DNA from: Ramlibacter sp.
GTDB taxonomy: Bacteria > Pseudomonadota > Gammaproteobacteria > Burkholderiales > Burkholderiaceae_C
Reading direction: 5' to 3'
Assembly: GCA_046590315.1 (NCBI GenBank)
Contig: JBKJTX010000190.1
Location: 1 to 53,400 of the forward strand
DNA: 53,400 bases
Below are positions 25,644-34,804 of the stretch, piece after piece. The position numbers and the translations under genes are program-made. The notes beneath the pieces were generated by a model. The model had not been told where the DNA came from. It ran no database searches and saw only the letters and a program-made list of their open reading frames with translations. Position 1 is the stretch's first letter, and each line of letters starts with the position of its first letter.

Positions 25644-27852
25644 CTTGCACGCTCTTAATCTCAACCCGACAGAGCTTTCGATGTGCGCCACCGAGCCCAT
25701 CCAGATCCCTGGCGCGATTCAGCCCCATGGGGCCTTGCTGGTCCTCGCGGCGCAAGACTGTCGCGTGCTCCAAGCCAGCGCAAATGCCACGGCGTTTCTC
25801 GGCATGCCGCAGGGTTTCGTTGCAACGGACCTCTTCGAAGCAGCGCAGCTGCAGCAGTTGCAAAGCCTGTCAGAGGCGCCCGGTGAATCGCGTTGCAATC
25901 TGCACACGCACACGTCAGCCGGCATCTTCGAGGTGCTGGCCCACCGTTTGGGGGACAGTGTGGTGTTGGAGTTTGAACCCAGCGGCGTGGGCGAACTACC
26001 CGACCGAGGACTCGAACAAAGCCTGGTTGAAATTTCCGCTGCTTCCGATCGGGGCCAACTGTTGGCGACCACCGCTTCCACGCTGCGCCGTCTTACTGGA
26101 TTCGACCGCGTGGTGGTGTACCGCTTCGACGAAGACGACCATGGCGAGGTGCTGGCCGAATCTTGCGAGGCGGACATGGAGCCTTACCTGGGTCTGCATT
26201 TCCCGGAGTCCGACATCCCCCGGCAAGCGCGCGCGCTTTATTTGAACAACTGGATTCGCTGTATTCCCGACGCGCGGTATGTGTCGGTGCCGCTGGAGCC
26301 CGCGCTGCACCCAGTGACCAGCCAGCCCCTGGACATGAGCCAGGCGTGGCTGCGTAGTGTGTCGCCCGTGCACCTGCGCTACCTCGCCAATATGGGTGTG
26401 CGCGCGTCCATGAGCGTATCGCTGGTGGTCAACGGACGCTTGTGGGGCTTGATCAGTTGCGGCCATCGCAGCACCAAGCCCATGCCGCCGCGCTTCCGAC
26501 TGGCCAGCGAAACGCTGGGCCGCGTGGTGTCGCTTCAGCTGGCGGCCATGGCGGCGACGGAATTCCGCACCCGCGTGAGTTCGGGCGCCACGGGCCTGGG
26601 GGTGCTGCGTGCGGCCATGGCGCAGACGCCGGAGCAGCTTTTGGAAAGCCTCGTGGGCCAACCGGAATTTCTGCTGGCGGCCACGGGGGCGTCGGGAGCG
26701 GCGGTGGCGCACGGTGACACTGTTCAATGTGTGGGCGCTTGCCCTGCGCCGTCCGACATTGCGCGGATCGCGCAGTGGGGACGGGACTTGGCGAAGGCCG
26801 GCGTGTTTTGCACCCGCCAGCTGACCCATGACACCCCGGAACTTATAGGCGTGGCCGCGCAGGCCAGCGGCGTGCTGGGCCTGGTGATGCCCACAGCGGA
26901 CAGCGCGGCGCTGCTGTGGTTTCGAGGCGAGCTGGTAGAAGCCGTGCACTGGGGCGGCAACCCCAACAAGTCGGCCTCACTCCAACCCGGCCCGGATGGC
27001 GCCCTCCAGCTCAATCCACGTCAGTCCTTCGAAATCTGGAAAGAGGTCGTGCGGGGCCGGTCCCTGCCCTGGGACCCGGCCGAGATTCACGCGGCCACGG
27101 AACTGCGGCGCCTGGCCATCGAGCTCGACCTGGAACGGCAGGTGGCTGTACAGAAGGCCGCCGTGCGCGCACGCGACGAGCTGGTGGCGGTGGTGTCGCA
27201 TGACTTGCGCACGCCGGTCTCCATTGTCGCCATGCAGGCGGCGCTGCTGCAGCGCATCCTGAGCCAGGACCTGACCGAGGCATCCACTCGGATGATGGCC
27301 AGCACGCAAACCATCCAACGCGCGACCGAACGCATGGTGTCTCTGCTGCGGGACTTGCTGGACCTGGCCAAGATCGAGGCCGGGCGCTTCGAGATCGACC
27401 CTTCGGCGCAGTCCCCTGGCTTGCTGGTTCAGGACGCCTGCGCGCTGGTTGAACACGTGGCGACGGCCAAGGGCGTTGCGATGCACGCCGAAACGTGTCC
27501 GGTGCGCGAGGTGCGGGCCGACTCCGAGCGCCTGTTCCAGGTACTTGCAAATCTGCTGGGCAACGCAATCAAATTCACGCCTGACGGCGGCAGCATCGGC
27601 GTGGGTGCGACGGCACTGCCTGAGGCGTGCGAGTTCTATGTGAGCGACAGCGGCGTGGGCATGACCGCCGATCAGCTTGATCACGTGTTTGAACGGTATT
27701 GGCAAGGCAAGGGCGACTCGGGGCGCCCGGGGGCTGGCCTGGGCCTCTACATCTGCAAAGGCATCGTGCAAGCGCACGGTGGCAGCATCCGCGCCGAGAG
27801 TCGACTGGGCGCGGGCAGCACATTCTTCTTCACCATTCCTTGGGTGAGCTAG
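25636..27852 (+). CDS. bphP: Bacteriophytochrome (PAS-GAF-PHY-histidine kinase)
   Basis: N-terminal biliverdin-binding Cys in CATEPIQIPGAIQPHG; GFDRVVVYRF; FPESDIPRQAR (DIP); LRSVSPVHLRYLANMGV; WGG and PRQSF tongue motifs; VSHDLRTP H-box; NAIKF; GAGLGL. Confidence 0.95.
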   Translation: MNDLHALNLNPTELSMCATEPIQIPGAIQPHGALLVLAAQDCRVLQASANATAFLGMPQGFVATDLFEAAQLQQLQSLSEAPGESRCNLHTHTSAGIFEVLAHRLGDSVVLEFEPSGVGELPDRGLEQSLVEISAASDRGQLLATTASTLRRLTGFDRVVVYRFDEDDHGEVLAESCEADMEPYLGLHFPESDIPRQARALYLNNWIRCIPDARYVSVPLEPALHPVTSQPLDMSQAWLRSVSPVHLRYLANMGVRASMSVSLVVNGRLWGLISCGHRSTKPMPPRFRLASETLGRVVSLQLAAMAATEFRTRVSSGATGLGVLRAAMAQTPEQLLESLVGQPEFLLAATGASGAAVAHGDTVQCVGACPAPSDIARIAQWGRDLAKAGVFCTRQLTHDTPELIGVAAQASGVLGLVMPTADSAALLWFRGELVEAVHWGGNPNKSASLQPGPDGALQLNPRQSFEIWKEVVRGRSLPWDPAEIHAATELRRLAIELDLERQVAVQKAAVRARDELVAVVSHDLRTPVSIVAMQAALLQRILSQDLTEASTRMMASTQTIQRATERMVSLLRDLLDLAKIEAGRFEIDPSAQSPGLLVQDACALVEHVATAKGVAMHAETCPVREVRADSERLFQVLANLLGNAIKFTPDGGSIGVGATALPEACEFYVSDSGVGMTADQLDHVFERYWQGKGDSGRPGAGLGLYICKGIVQAHGGSIRAESRLGAGSTFFFTIPWVS

Positions 27853-28456
27853 CTAAATGAGGCGGGTGTGGCCGCCCGGCGTCGAACATCGCGCGCAGCT
27901 GCACGAAAACTTGCACCGCGGCGCGACAAGCCTGGTCACGTGCGGTGATGTCCGTGCCCACCTCCAACTCGATCTGGACGCAGAACTCGCGCCAAAGCGG
28001 TGCGATGGCGGCTCCGCGCGTGCCGAAAAAAGCGCCGCCGTTGTCCACGCCGATCCCTAACCGGTCGGCCAGGCGCTTGGCGATCACCTGCGCGCCCAGT
28101 GAAGAGCCTTCCATCACATACAGGCCACCCCAGGCCTGCGCGGCAGATTGGATCTGCATACGAGGCGCGGTGAACAGGGCATGCCGCGTGGGTGCACGCA
28201 GCAATGCGAGATCGGCGCGCGCGAGGTGCCCTCGGCGGCGGGCCTCGAACCAGGGCCGCAGACGCGCCGGCAAGGCTGCAGCGGCGCACGGTTCCCACCA
28301 GTGGAGAAAGGCATCGAAGCCCTGCAAAGCGGTGATGTACTTGTCAAGGTCGAAGGAGCCGTCCAGCCCTAGCGCCGCTTCGATGGCTGCGTGGTCGGCC
28401 CGCGTCGCCACCCGCAGCTGATGCAGCAGGGAGTGTTCAGGAGCTGCGACGGGCAT
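27830..28456 (-). CDS. bphO: Biliverdin-producing heme oxygenase
   Basis: LRVATRADHAAIE (heme-ligand His) and LYVMEGSSLGAQVI; adjacent to the phytochrome gene. Confidence 0.88.
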   Translation of the reverse strand: MPVAAPEHSLLHQLRVATRADHAAIEAALGLDGSFDLDKYITALQGFDAFLHWWEPCAAAALPARLRPWFEARRRGHLARADLALLRAPTRHALFTAPRMQIQSAAQAWGGLYVMEGSSLGAQVIAKRLADRLGIGVDNGGAFFGTRGAAIAPLWREFCVQIELEVGTDITARDQACRAAVQVFVQLRAMFDAGRPHPPHLASSPKEW

Positions 28457-28531
28457 GGGACGATCTTATGCCGCCTTCGTAGCGCGCAGGCGCCAACTTG
28501 CCGCGAGCGGTCCATCGGGGTAACGTGGGGG

Positions 28532-30658
28532 GTGCCCGGTACAACCCGCCCATTGCCAACCATCGCCCAAAGGCTCAGGCTCTTGGTGTTGGTTTGCCTG
28601 GTGCCGGCCTTGTTGGCGTCGGTGCTGCTTATCTTCAGTGATTTTCGAGAGCGCAGCAAGCTGCTGAACTCCCAAGCCCTGACCCTTGCGCGCGCGACAA
28701 TTTCCGCTGTGGATCGCGAGCTGCAACGGATGCAGTCCAACCTTGTCGTGCTCGCGACGTCGCCGCACCTCGAGCGCGGGGAACTCGCGCTTTTCAGGGA
28801 ACAGGTGGCGAAGGTGCAGCAAGCCACCGGTGCAATCAACTTCGTGCTGACGCAGCCCTCCGGTCAGATGGTTGTCAATCTTCTGTCCGCCCCCGATGCC
28901 AAACTGCCGATGCACGGCAACCCGAAGCTCATTGAAAGTGTGGTTGTGACAGGTCGACCCCAGATCAGTGATCTTTTCGTCGCGAATTTTTCCGCGCAGC
29001 CTGTGATCGTCGTCGCCGTCCCGGTGTTTCGCGGCGCCGAGCTCGTGTACGTGCTAACCGGAGGCTTTTCCCCCAAGTCGTTGGGGCAAATCCTGTTGGA
29101 CCAAAACTATCCCACGGGGTGGATCGGTGCGCTGGTGGACGGCAGAAGGCTGATTGTCGCCAGAACGCACCAAGCGAATCGATTCATTGGCAGCAAAACC
29201 CCTGTGGCTGCGACGCTGGATTTGGAGATGGAAGGCTCGGTCGAGGCGCGAACCCTCGAAGGAATCGATGTCACGACGAGCTTCACCCAGTCCAAGACCA
29301 CCGGCTGGACAGTGATTCTTGGTGTACCCAAGTCGCAATTGCTGGCGCCGCTGTGGAGATACGTCGCCGTGGCCGCGGGGCTCGTTGCTGTTTTACTGAT
29401 GGCGGGGGTTGGGGCTGCAGCCTGGATCGGCGGGCACATTGCAAAGACAGTGACAGACCTCAACGCGCCGGCTGCTGCTCTGGCGTCCGGGGAGCCCCTC
29501 GTCATTCCGAAGCTGTATTTCAGCGAGGCGGAGCAGTTGGCCGGGGCGCTCTTGACGTCCGGAGAAATTCTGCGCCAAGCGCGTACCGATTTGGTCGCGG
29601 GCGAACAGCGGCTTCGAGGAATTCTGCAGTCGGCAATGGACGGCATCATCACGGTCGACGAAGAGCAACGCGTGGTGCTGTTCAATGCAGCCGCAGTCGC
29701 GATGTTCGGCTGGGGCGTTGAGGAAGCGATGGGAAGGCCGCTCACGCAATTCATTCCGTCGCGCTTCGCAGCCGCGCACAGCGAACATATGAAGCGATTT
29801 GCATTGGGTGGGACATCGCGCCGAAGGATGGGACTGCAAGGGGAAATTCTTGGTTTGCGCAAAAATGGAGAGGAGTTTCCGATCGAAGCTTCCATCTCGC
29901 AGATCGAGGAGGGTGAACGACGTTTCTTCACCGTGATTTTGCGCGACGTCAGCGAACAGCTGGCCTCCCGTCGGGCATTGGAGCGCAGCAACGTGGATCT
30001 GCGTCACTTTGCATTTGTTGCGTCTCATGATTTGAAGGGCCCACTGCGAACGATTTCGGGCTTCGTCAACCTCCTCGAGCGAGGCTATTCTTCTCAACTG
30101 GGGCCCAAGGGCATGGAGCTCTTGGGGCGCACGGGCAAAGCTGCCCATAGGCTGGAGCAGATGACGGATGGTTTGTTGCTCATTGCCCAGGTCGAAGGAA
30201 AAGCGGCCATGCTGGTGCCGTTGGACTGCAACGTGCTTGTTCGGGAAGCTCTGATGTTGTTGCAAGCGCCGATTCACGACGCTGGGGCAAGTATTGAAGT
30301 TGATCCGCTCCCGACGGTGATGGGTGTCACCGGACAGCTCGAACATGTGTTTCTTAATTTGCTAGCAAACGCAATCAAGTTCAGGAGCGACAAGCCACTC
30401 GTCATCAAGATCCGGGCCAACCGGGAAGGCGACACTTGGACTATTTCCATTTCCGACAACGGCTTGGGTATCGATACCGCCCACCAAGACATGATTTTCC
30501 AGGTCTTCGGTCGGCTGCACGGCGCGCAAAAGTACGAAGGTGTCGGAATTGGTTTGGCGCTGTGCCGCCGCATCATGGAGCGCCACGGCGGAAAGGTTTG
30601 GGTGGAGTCGTCCGAAGGTGAGGGCAGCACCTTCAGGCTGTCGCTGGCTGCGGCCTAG
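28532..30658 (+). CDS. Membrane sensor histidine kinase (Cache-PAS-phytochrome-type kinase core)
   Basis: Two TMs; PAS ILQSAMDGIITVD...FNAAA...RKNGEEFPIEAS; RSNVDLRHFAFVASHDLKGPLR, NAIKF, DNGLGI, FGRLH, GVGIGLA. Start uncertain (GTG 28532). Confidence 0.88.
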   Translation: MPGTTRPLPTIAQRLRLLVLVCLVPALLASVLLIFSDFRERSKLLNSQALTLARATISAVDRELQRMQSNLVVLATSPHLERGELALFREQVAKVQQATGAINFVLTQPSGQMVVNLLSAPDAKLPMHGNPKLIESVVVTGRPQISDLFVANFSAQPVIVVAVPVFRGAELVYVLTGGFSPKSLGQILLDQNYPTGWIGALVDGRRLIVARTHQANRFIGSKTPVAATLDLEMEGSVEARTLEGIDVTTSFTQSKTTGWTVILGVPKSQLLAPLWRYVAVAAGLVAVLLMAGVGAAAWIGGHIAKTVTDLNAPAAALASGEPLVIPKLYFSEAEQLAGALLTSGEILRQARTDLVAGEQRLRGILQSAMDGIITVDEEQRVVLFNAAAVAMFGWGVEEAMGRPLTQFIPSRFAAAHSEHMKRFALGGTSRRRMGLQGEILGLRKNGEEFPIEASISQIEEGERRFFTVILRDVSEQLASRRALERSNVDLRHFAFVASHDLKGPLRTISGFVNLLERGYSSQLGPKGMELLGRTGKAAHRLEQMTDGLLLIAQVEGKAAMLVPLDCNVLVREALMLLQAPIHDAGASIEVDPLPTVMGVTGQLEHVFLNLLANAIKFRSDKPLVIKIRANREGDTWTISISDNGLGIDTAHQDMIFQVFGRLHGAQKYEGVGIGLALCRRIMERHGGKVWVESSEGEGSTFRLSLAAA

Positions 30659-30670
30659 CTAACCCGCTTC

Positions 30671-31129
30671 TTAAGGCCCGCGATCTGCTGGCAGCTTCAC
30701 CAGACTGAACCAATAGTTGGTCAGCTTGTTCACTGCATCGACAAAATTTCCAAAATCGACCGGCTTGGAAATAAACGAGTTACCGTGCAAGTTGTACACC
30801 CGCGCGATGTCTTCCGGATTTGTAGAGGTGGTCAAGATCACTACCGGAATGTGCATGAGCTTCGGATCGCTTTTGAGGATTTTGAGCACCTCGAACCCGC
30901 TGAGCCGAGGCATGTTCAAATCAAGCAGGATCAGGTCGATGACGGGCGCGGCCTCGTAGGGCGGCTCCCTGCGCAGAAACGCCAGGCACTGCACGCCGTC
31001 GAAAACATGGTTCAGCGGGATCTGCAAACGCGCCTGCTCGAAGGACTCACGCATCAAAAACGCGTGGTCTTCATCGTCTTCGACGAGGAGCACCTGAACG
31101 GATCTGGAGACTTCGGCTGCCAAGGTCAC
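30671..31129 (-). CDS. Single-domain response regulator, Rcp1/phytochrome-partner type
   Basis: VLLVEDD, LILLDLNMPRLSGFEVL, PVVILTTS, FISKPVDF, C-terminal YWFSLVKLP. Confidence 0.9.
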   Translation of the reverse strand: MTLAAEVSRSVQVLLVEDDEDHAFLMRESFEQARLQIPLNHVFDGVQCLAFLRREPPYEAAPVIDLILLDLNMPRLSGFEVLKILKSDPKLMHIPVVILTTSTNPEDIARVYNLHGNSFISKPVDFGNFVDAVNKLTNYWFSLVKLPADRGP

Positions 31130-31222
31130 TAACTCCCGTTAACGCGCGCTGGTCCGGCTTATTCTACGGCTGCCCGCGAAATTTCGGTGCGGCGGCCCTC
31201 CGGCTTGTTTCAGCGATCTAGA

Positions 31223-32116
31223 TCAAATTTCCAATATCTCCAGCAGCGCCGTCGCCGCAGGCGACAGGTCAGCCCGCCGGCGCATGGCAATCAAGAGGCG
31301 GCGCTCGATCTGAGCGCCTTCGAGATCGACAATCGTGAGGTTCAGTGCCTTGGCGTACAAGGCCGCCGCCGCCTTCGGCATCACAGCGATTCCGAGCTCG
31401 CACGCGACCATGCGGCACATGGTGTCGAAGCTGCGCACTTGCACGCGTATCCGGGCGGTGACGCCTACTGCCTCGGCCGCCGCAATCACCTGGCGGCTGA
31501 GGGATGCGCTTCGGGTGAGGGTGATCAAGTCCTCGGATAGCGCTGACGCCGTAGGCACGGTCGTCATCTGGGCGAACTGATGCGCTTGGTGGACGACCAC
31601 CGCCAGGCGATCCACATTGCACAGAAAAGTCTGGAGCCCGTCGCAGGGTACGTTGTCACCGATCACCGCGAGCTCCGCAAGCCCTTTGGTCACTGCACGC
31701 ACGGCGTCTTCACTGAGTGCATCTTCGAGGTCGATTCGCACTTTCGGATAGCGTTGCACGTACCGTGCGACTACTTCAGGCAGAAACCCGCCCAGCGCAG
31801 AAGGATTCGCCCAAAGGCGCAAATGGCCACTGGCGCCCGATTGCAACTCATCCACCGCCTGCGCGAGTTGCTCGAGCCGCGCGATGACTTCGATGGCGTG
31901 ACGATGCAGCGTCTGGCCGTCCGGCGTGGCCGTGACGCCGCGCTGGCTGCGCTGCAACAGCGCAATGCCGCAATGCTGTTCGAGCTCGGAAATCCGCTTG
32001 CTCGTCGCGGCCAGTGAAATGCCGAACCTCTCGGCGCCCGCGGTCAGACTGCCTGCGTCCACCACGGCGACGAACAGCCGCAGGGTTACCAGGTCGAATC
32101 GATTCAAGTTGATCAA
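31223..32116 (-). CDS. LysR family transcriptional regulator
   Basis: Start refined to TTG 32116. FDLVTLRLFVAVVDAGSLTAGA...SKRISELE...RSQRGVTAT HTH followed by a substrate-binding domain. Confidence 0.92.
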   Translation of the reverse strand: MINLNRFDLVTLRLFVAVVDAGSLTAGAERFGISLAATSKRISELEQHCGIALLQRSQRGVTATPDGQTLHRHAIEVIARLEQLAQAVDELQSGASGHLRLWANPSALGGFLPEVVARYVQRYPKVRIDLEDALSEDAVRAVTKGLAELAVIGDNVPCDGLQTFLCNVDRLAVVVHQAHQFAQMTTVPTASALSEDLITLTRSASLSRQVIAAAEAVGVTARIRVQVRSFDTMCRMVACELGIAVMPKAAAALYAKALNLTIVDLEGAQIERRLLIAMRRRADLSPAATALLEILEI

Positions 32117-32330
32117 GTTCTCTGCACCTCGATGGCAAGGAAGGGCTCTGTTCAGCAATGCGAAGAGCGCCTTGCGCCGATGGGGCGATTGGACCACGGC
32201 GCACGCTGCAGCCTTAACTTCTGGTGAATGGGCCTCAACCGGAAGCGAACAGCGCGCAGCACACCAACGCGCACAATCTCCGGTTGGCCTTAACGCGAAG
32301 AGGCCAGAGGTCAATAATGAAGGAGACAAA

Positions 32331-34517
32331 ATGAGATTTGTTTTCGCCGCGGTGCTCAGCACCGCTTTCGTCGCTGCGTGCGGAGAGGGCGGATCGAGCT
32401 TCTCCAGTACCGCGCCAGGCACCATCCAGAGTCTGGAGATCGTATCCTCCGTTGACGCGTACGCTGGGGCCACGCCCGCGGGCGCCGCCGGACCCTATAC
32501 CGTCATTACGGCCATTGCGCACGGCACGCTCGATCCGAAGCATCCGGACAACGCCGGCATCGTCGACCTCGACAAGGCGCCGGTTGCCGCGGACGGCACG
32601 GTCGCCTACACGACCGACGTCGTGATTCTGCGTCCCAAGGCCGCAGCCAATGCGCGGCGGGTCCTGTTCTACGACGTGGTGAACCGAGGCAACAAGATCG
32701 CGCAGAACCTGTTTGTGGGCGGGGGCGCGCTGGCCACCGGCACCGGGGCGAATGCAAACTTCGCATCCATTTTGCGCAACGGCTACACCGTGGTGTGGAG
32801 CGGCTGGCAGGGTGACGTGCCGCAGACCGGCAACGGCGCTGCGGCGGCGGTCGGCACCGGCTTTCCGGCAGCCAGGAACGCGGACGGCAGTTCGATCACG
32901 GGGCTGGTGCGCGAGGAATATGTTCCGGACTTCGCAGGGGGCAGCGCCATTTCGTTGAACTATCCGCCCGCGTCGCTCACCGATCGTTCCGAGACCTCGC
33001 TCACGGCGCGTCAAACCTGGATCAACGCCAGCGGCAAAATGGACTATGCGGCGCCCTCGACCCCGGTGACCTCATGGACCTACGTCACGACCGCAAGCGG
33101 CGCTGTGACGGTGCAGTTCACACCGCCGGATTCGGTGGCGACGGTCGGCGGCTCGGTTGCACCGGACGCGGGCACGATCTACTCCTTCATCTACCGGGCC
33201 AAGGATCCGAAGGTGTTGGGCGTCGGGTTTGCCGCCGTCCGCGACCTGGTCAGCTTCTTGAAGTACGAAGCGGCGGATGGATCGGGCAAGGCCAATCCCT
33301 TGGCGGATATGAAGAACGCGATTTGCGCCGCGGGTTCGAACTGCCCATCGGCCCCAACCACCAATTTCGACGTGGCCCTCGGCGAAGGCCTGTCGCAATC
33401 CGGGCGCTTCCTGCGCGATTTCCTCTACCAGGGCTTCAACCAGGCCAAAAGCCGCACGGTCTTCGACGGCCTGATGCCGCTTATTCCGGGCGGCCGGCGC
33501 ACCTGGGTGAACGAGCGCTTCGCACAACCTGGCCGCTGGTCCAAGCAGCACGAAGACCACTGGATGCCTGGCGACCAATTCCCCTTCGCGTACAACGTCA
33601 TCACCGACCCGGTGAGCGGCGCGAACGACGGCCTGCTGAAGCGCTGCCTGGCAACCAGCACCTGCCCGAAGATCATGCAGATTGATGGCAGCTATGAGTG
33701 GTGGGGCGGCCGCGCATCGCTGGTCGTGACCGACGGCGCGGGGAATGACCTCACTTTGCCCGACAACGTGCGGTACTACCTCATCGCCGGTACGCAGCAC
33801 GCCGGTGGCGCCCGTGTGTCGACCGGCCTCGTCACTCAGCCGGCCGCGGGCAACACCTGTCAGTTCGCCTCCAGCCCGGTCTCCATGGCGCCCCCTGAAC
33901 TCGCGCTGATCACGGCCCTGGAGAACTGGGTTGTCAAGGGCACAGCGCCACCGGCTTCCCGGTATCCGACAGTGGCGTCCGGCAATGCGGTGCTGCCCAC
34001 CGCTGCGGCGATGGGTTTCCCGACCCTCACTGCGATCACTGTGCCGAGCGGTGCGACGGCCACGGCCACCGTGTCCGTCAGCGACGTGGCGCGTATTAAT
34101 CAAGTCTTTGTCACCGACTACCGCAACGCGGTGCCGGTGGCGGACCTGTCCCGGCAGTACACGCAGTTCGTCCCCAAGGTCGATGCGAACGGCAACGAAA
34201 CCAGCGGCATCCTCATGCCTGAGGTCGCTGCGCCGCTCGGCACCTACGCCGGTTGGAATTTGAGAAGCGCGGGACATGCGATCGGGGAGAACTGCCTGTT
34301 CACCGGCACGGCGCTGCCATTCGCAGTCAACCCGGCCAGTAAGAGCGCAACCGATCCGCGCTCCACGCTCTCGCAGCTGTATTCCAGCCGCAACGACTAC
34401 TTCGCCAAGTTCGATGCGGCAGCCGATGCCTTGGTGACAGCCGGCTTGTTCACGGCGATCGACGCGGCCAACTACAAGACCAACGCGCGCAACCTCTCGA
34501 CCGCGCTGATCCCGTAG
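32331..34517 (+). CDS. Large lipoprotein with alpha/beta-hydrolase-like domain
   Basis: AGGAG then ATG 32331; lipobox FVAAC; YDVVNRGN, VVWSGWQGD, GVGFAAVRD, nucleophile-elbow-like GLSQSGRFLRDF, VRYYLIAGTQH, VPKVDANGN. Confidence 0.75.
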   Translation: MRFVFAAVLSTAFVAACGEGGSSFSSTAPGTIQSLEIVSSVDAYAGATPAGAAGPYTVITAIAHGTLDPKHPDNAGIVDLDKAPVAADGTVAYTTDVVILRPKAAANARRVLFYDVVNRGNKIAQNLFVGGGALATGTGANANFASILRNGYTVVWSGWQGDVPQTGNGAAAAVGTGFPAARNADGSSITGLVREEYVPDFAGGSAISLNYPPASLTDRSETSLTARQTWINASGKMDYAAPSTPVTSWTYVTTASGAVTVQFTPPDSVATVGGSVAPDAGTIYSFIYRAKDPKVLGVGFAAVRDLVSFLKYEAADGSGKANPLADMKNAICAAGSNCPSAPTTNFDVALGEGLSQSGRFLRDFLYQGFNQAKSRTVFDGLMPLIPGGRRTWVNERFAQPGRWSKQHEDHWMPGDQFPFAYNVITDPVSGANDGLLKRCLATSTCPKIMQIDGSYEWWGGRASLVVTDGAGNDLTLPDNVRYYLIAGTQHAGGARVSTGLVTQPAAGNTCQFASSPVSMAPPELALITALENWVVKGTAPPASRYPTVASGNAVLPTAAAMGFPTLTAITVPSGATATATVSVSDVARINQVFVTDYRNAVPVADLSRQYTQFVPKVDANGNETSGILMPEVAAPLGTYAGWNLRSAGHAIGENCLFTGTALPFAVNPASKSATDPRSTLSQLYSSRNDYFAKFDAAADALVTAGLFTAIDAANYKTNARNLSTALIP

Positions 34518-34538
34518 TCGATCAGTCACCGCACGGGT

Positions 34539-34575
34539 GGCCTCGGGCACAGTACGCCCGAGGCCGTTTTCTTTT
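34539..34575 (+). terminator. Rho-independent terminator
   Basis: GGCCTCGGGC-ACAGTAC-GCCCGAGGCC perfect 10-bp stem followed by GTTTTCTTTT, 22 nt after the stop. Confidence 0.85.
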
Positions 34576-34804
34576 CCGAAGCGCAGTCACGCGACTTCTT
34601 GTTTGCGCATTCGCGAAACGCGAACAGCTGAGCCACTTTTCGGCCCAGCCTCATCTGTTTGTCGGAGGCAACTGACGAGCCGCGTCAGCGCTCATCCATT
34701 TTCGTTCGCACCAGCACACGCAGGCCCCATGTGCCTAGTTCGGCGCTAGATACTTCGCCCGAGTGTTCAACAGTAGTAACTCAACGCAACGATGGACGGG
34801 CAAC

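Noticed and set aside
33072-34550. 492-aa minus-strand ORF
   Set aside because: Antisense shadow of the hydrolase lipoprotein.
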